Below are positions 60,967-64,000 of a stretch of DNA of 64,000 bases, in pieces. Position 1 is the stretch's first letter, and every line of letters begins with the position of its first letter. The notes beneath the pieces were generated by a model that saw only the letters and a program-made list of their open reading frames with translations, ran no database searches and was not told where the DNA came from. Made by a program: the position numbers and the translations under genes. This stretch comes from Spirochaetota bacterium (GTDB lineage Bacteria > Spirochaetota > UBA4802 > UBA5550). The stretch spans positions 81,685 through 145,684 of the forward strand of contig JBNKTL010000003.1 of NCBI GenBank assembly GCA_050298055.1. The letters are read 5' to 3'.

Positions 60967-61334
60967 AATTTTCCTCTAAAAATGACTCCTTCTTTTCAAA
61001 TCAAAGAAGTAATTCTTTTTATGCGAGGATAATTTTCAACTGTTTTTATTCCCAGTTTTCATTTGACCTCGATCTTTTACGGCATCCCCCATAGGGTCCT
61101 TAAATAATATCCTGGTTTTATCCGGTGTTTCGATTATTGGTGTTTCATCAGTTATAACAGCCAATTTATTTACTTTCGTATAGTTTTGATCAGTATGTTC
61201 GTTAGAGTAATATACGAAAAATGGGTTTCAGGGTCAAAAATTTTATTAGAATCAACTAACTTTTTTGCAGGGGGATAAATATTTAATAAACTTGACAGAG
61301 AGCTCATAATATTTCTTTAATAGAGAATTCAGAC

Positions 61335-61661
61335 ATGGAAAAATACCTTAAGAACATAAAAGAAGCCATAATAAAAGAAAATGTCCTCTGGAGCAAACAC
61401 GCTGACAAAGAGAGATTTAAGGATGAACTGTCATTTGATGAAGTCCTTGAATCAATAATGAACGGTGAAATTATTGAAGAATATTCAGATGACAAACCTT
61501 TACCGAGCTGTTTGATCTCAGGAAAAAGCAATAACAAAAATATACATATTGTTGTCGGATATAATAAGACAACAGAAGTCATAAGAATTATTACTGTCTA
61601 TATACCATCACTGGATATTTGGAACAACGATTTTAAAACACGGAGAAAAGAGAATGATTGA
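61335..61661 (+). CDS. DUF4258 protein (putative toxin)
   Basis: WSKHA, GEIIEEY.DDKP.PSCL, IHIVV, IITVY.P. Confidence 0.88.
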   Translation: MEKYLKNIKEAIIKENVLWSKHADKERFKDELSFDEVLESIMNGEIIEEYSDDKPLPSCLISGKSNNKNIHIVVGYNKTTEVIRIITVYIPSLDIWNNDFKTRRKEND

Positions 61662-61899
61662 TTTGAATAAAGAACCCTGTTTCAGGTGCCACGGAAAACT
61701 GAAAGAAGGAAAAACAACACAGACATATGATTATCATGATTCCCTGCTGGTTGTCAGGGAGATCCCTGCCTATGTGTGCGAACAATGCGGAGAAGCACTG
61801 TTTACAAACGATATTGTGAAATCCCTGGAGAGAATAACCAGGCAATTCAAGGAAGGGCACAAAGGGATTGAAATTACCCGGTATGATGATGTGGCATAA
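61654..61899 (+). CDS. YgiT-type zinc finger (MqsA-like antitoxin)
   Basis: CFRC...IPAYVCEQCGE; overlaps the DUF4258 gene. Confidence 0.88.
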   Translation: MIDLNKEPCFRCHGKLKEGKTTQTYDYHDSLLVVREIPAYVCEQCGEALFTNDIVKSLERITRQFKEGHKGIEITRYDDVA

Positions 61900-62145
61900 A
61901 ATGTCAGCACCAACCAGATACTTGTTATGACATCCTATCATGCTACCGCACCCGAACTTCCTGCTCAAGTGAGATCCGAAAAGACTTTTAGTGCCACTGA
62001 AAAACAGAGAAGATGAGAGTATTATTCAAGTGTAAAGAGAAGTTTAGCTGTGATTTAACGAACCACTTGCCCTTCCGGGTCCGGGTGAAGGTCAAAGTGG
62101 GATCTATATCCTGAAGTCGGTCCTTGGGGTTCTTTATTTTATAAA

Positions 62146-62904
62146 ATGAATATAACTCATAATAAAAAAAATAACACATCAACAATAACTCTAAATCCAG
62201 ATGATTTAATAGTTTTTATAGATGAAAGTGGAAATGAAAAACTTAAAGACAAAAATAATCCAATATTCGCAGTTGGAGGTTTTTGTTGTTATGTAAAAAC
62301 ATTTATTGAAGATATTAATAGAGAATGGAATAATATAAAATTAAAGAATTTTGACACAAAAGGTTGTTTTTTACATGCAAGTGAAATAGATATTAATAAT
62401 ACTAAATTAATCTATGATATATCATCTTTTTTCAATAAAATTACATTTGCACGATTTGCATACTCATATGGATGTAATACATATAATAATACAATTTTAA
62501 ATAATGCTCAAATTATTGCAAATTACATTGCTACTACAATAATTGATTTTAATCTTGAAATTTATAAATCAAATAATATTTGTATTCTAGTAGAAAAATT
62601 TTCAAAAAGAGCATATAGTTATTTAAAATATCTAAAAGATGTTTTCAAAATTATTCAAGATGCTAAGAAAATTGAAAAAAAATATATTATTAATATTTTT
62701 AATAGTAATAAAAAAATTTTAGTATCAGGAAATGAAGTAGCAGATTTTATTGTCCAAGCAGCAGGGGGACAAGCCAAAAGATTTAATCAAGGAAATACAA
62801 ATCTTCGTAAAGATTATATTAGTGTTTTTAATAAAATTGATAAAAAATATATAAAATATTTTCATTCTATTGGACATAAAATTAATAATGATGAACAAAC
62901 TTAA
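62146..62904 (+). CDS. DUF3800 domain protein
   Basis: FIDESG, LHASEI, EVADFI; extremely AT-rich. Confidence 0.8.
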   Translation: MNITHNKKNNTSTITLNPDDLIVFIDESGNEKLKDKNNPIFAVGGFCCYVKTFIEDINREWNNIKLKNFDTKGCFLHASEIDINNTKLIYDISSFFNKITFARFAYSYGCNTYNNTILNNAQIIANYIATTIIDFNLEIYKSNNICILVEKFSKRAYSYLKYLKDVFKIIQDAKKIEKKYIINIFNSNKKILVSGNEVADFIVQAAGGQAKRFNQGNTNLRKDYISVFNKIDKKYIKYFHSIGHKINNDEQT

Positions 62905-63025
62905 TTATTAATTAATACAAAGGGCTACGACAAGATGGCTCCTGCATTTGGAGCCTCTTCATCCCTTTTCCTTCAGACTCTTCGTGTACTACCTGTGAAA
63001 CCTCTCCCCCCTCTTCTCTTCAACC

Positions 63026-64000
63026 TGGGCCTTTTCAGGAAAGTTGTCGCCTTTTTTAACTCGCTTTATTTAATTCCTTTTTATCCTGCTGGTAGTTGAT
63101 GCCAACAACTTTTTCATGTTTCCAAGCTTTTGGTTTCCTTGACCATCTTCCCGGGTTTTTTTCATGTGCTTTCAAATATGTTTCACGACGGGCTTTAAGT
63201 ATCTCTGTGTCTTTGCCGTAATGCCTTTCAAAAGGTGTCACATAACTGATCCCTGAATGCATATGATCGTAGTTATACCAGTGAACAAAGCCCTTGACCC
63301 AGTGCTTTGCATCTTCAATCGATGAAAACTTTCCAGGATAAAGAGGCCTGTATTTTAATGTCCTGAATAATGATTCAGAATAAGGATTATCTTCACTGAC
63401 ACGGGGGCGGGAAAATGACGGAAGAACATTTAAGGAATACATCTTTGAAAGCATGGTATAACCCTTCATCGGAGAACCGTTGTCTGAATGAAGAATCACA
63501 CCATTTAAATCCTTTTTGCTGTTCAATTGCTGAAGCATCTTTCCGGCAAGCTCGCTGCTCTCTCTTTCATGAATTTCCCAGTGCACAATCATACGGGACC
63601 AGATGTCCTCTATCATGTATAAATAATAATGCATGCCCATAATATCGGTTCTCAACCACGTGATATCCCAACTATATACCTGATCCGGACCGGTGGCGAC
63701 TACCATCGGTTTTTCCCTTTTCATCGGCGGTTTAGACCTTCTTCTGTGAGAAAGCATCCGTTCTTCACTCATAACCCTGTAAAATGATGCTTCAGAGGCC
63801 ATATAAACGCCCTGAGAAGCCAATTTTGCCACTATTTCATTGGGATAAAGGTCTCTGTACATTTCTTGGCAGCATATTTCAATTATCTGTTGCCTTTCAA
63901 ATTCGGTCAACTTATGAGGTATTTGCCGCTCGGAACCTTTGCGTTTATCAATCAAATCTGACTTTTTCCAGCGCTGTATTGTCCGGACACTGATCCCGAG
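63026..64000 (-). mobile_element. IS3-family element; transposase OrfB 63056..>63955, left part outside window
   Basis: SWDITW, LHSDNG, DNPYSESLFRTLK DDE core; end-like sequence GCGACAACTTTCCTGAAAAGGCCCA just after the stop. Confidence 0.92.

Noticed and set aside
61029..61150. Possible glyoxalase/VOC C-terminal fragment (RILFKDPMG) on the minus strand
   Set aside because: Too short to support without a search
1..64000. Alternative genetic code or stop readthrough to explain the internal stops
   Set aside because: TGA and TAA end conserved genes at their normal C-termini (e.g. hisC and mtnA TGA, pyrD TAA), and the internal stops are of different types

Overview
64-kb bacterial chromosomal window, probably from a spirochaete related to Leptospirae. 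That assignment is an inference from the cNMP/TPR proteins, DUF1564-like paralogues, NADase-type glycan-binding and LA_0442-like domains, and many lipoproteins. The backbone is housekeeping genes (mtnA, ribBA, dusB, larE, apbE, pyrD, hisC, namZ, fmt, def, tRNA-Arg, tRNA-Asp). It is interspersed with AT-rich accessory patches, toxin-antitoxin modules (two PIN toxins internally deleted), several pseudogenes and an IS3 at the right edge. Most notable: (1) a Tat-lipoprotein formate-dehydrogenase-like enzyme whose Sec/Cys-His metal-ligand pair is replaced by Ser-Ser, with an intact 4Fe-4S partner; (2) an ~8.6-kb AT-rich surface-protein block whose boundaries fall inside ORFs, one joining a foreign-looking passenger to a host-like FlgD-Ig/T9SS-CTD-like tail; (3) a ~140-bp MITE-like family (4 full and 2 degenerate copies) and three modular REP-like hairpin families; (4) a 13-bp motif starting exactly 7 nt after the stop of two consecutive accessory genes; (5) a deaminase-type amidohydrolase in an operon with two cNMP-binding proteins; (6) an unannotated FlgM-like small ORF with a CsrA-type hairpin in its leader; (7) two distant paralogues sharing an identically spaced upstream motif. 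Family assignments come from motif recognition by eye; no searches were run.
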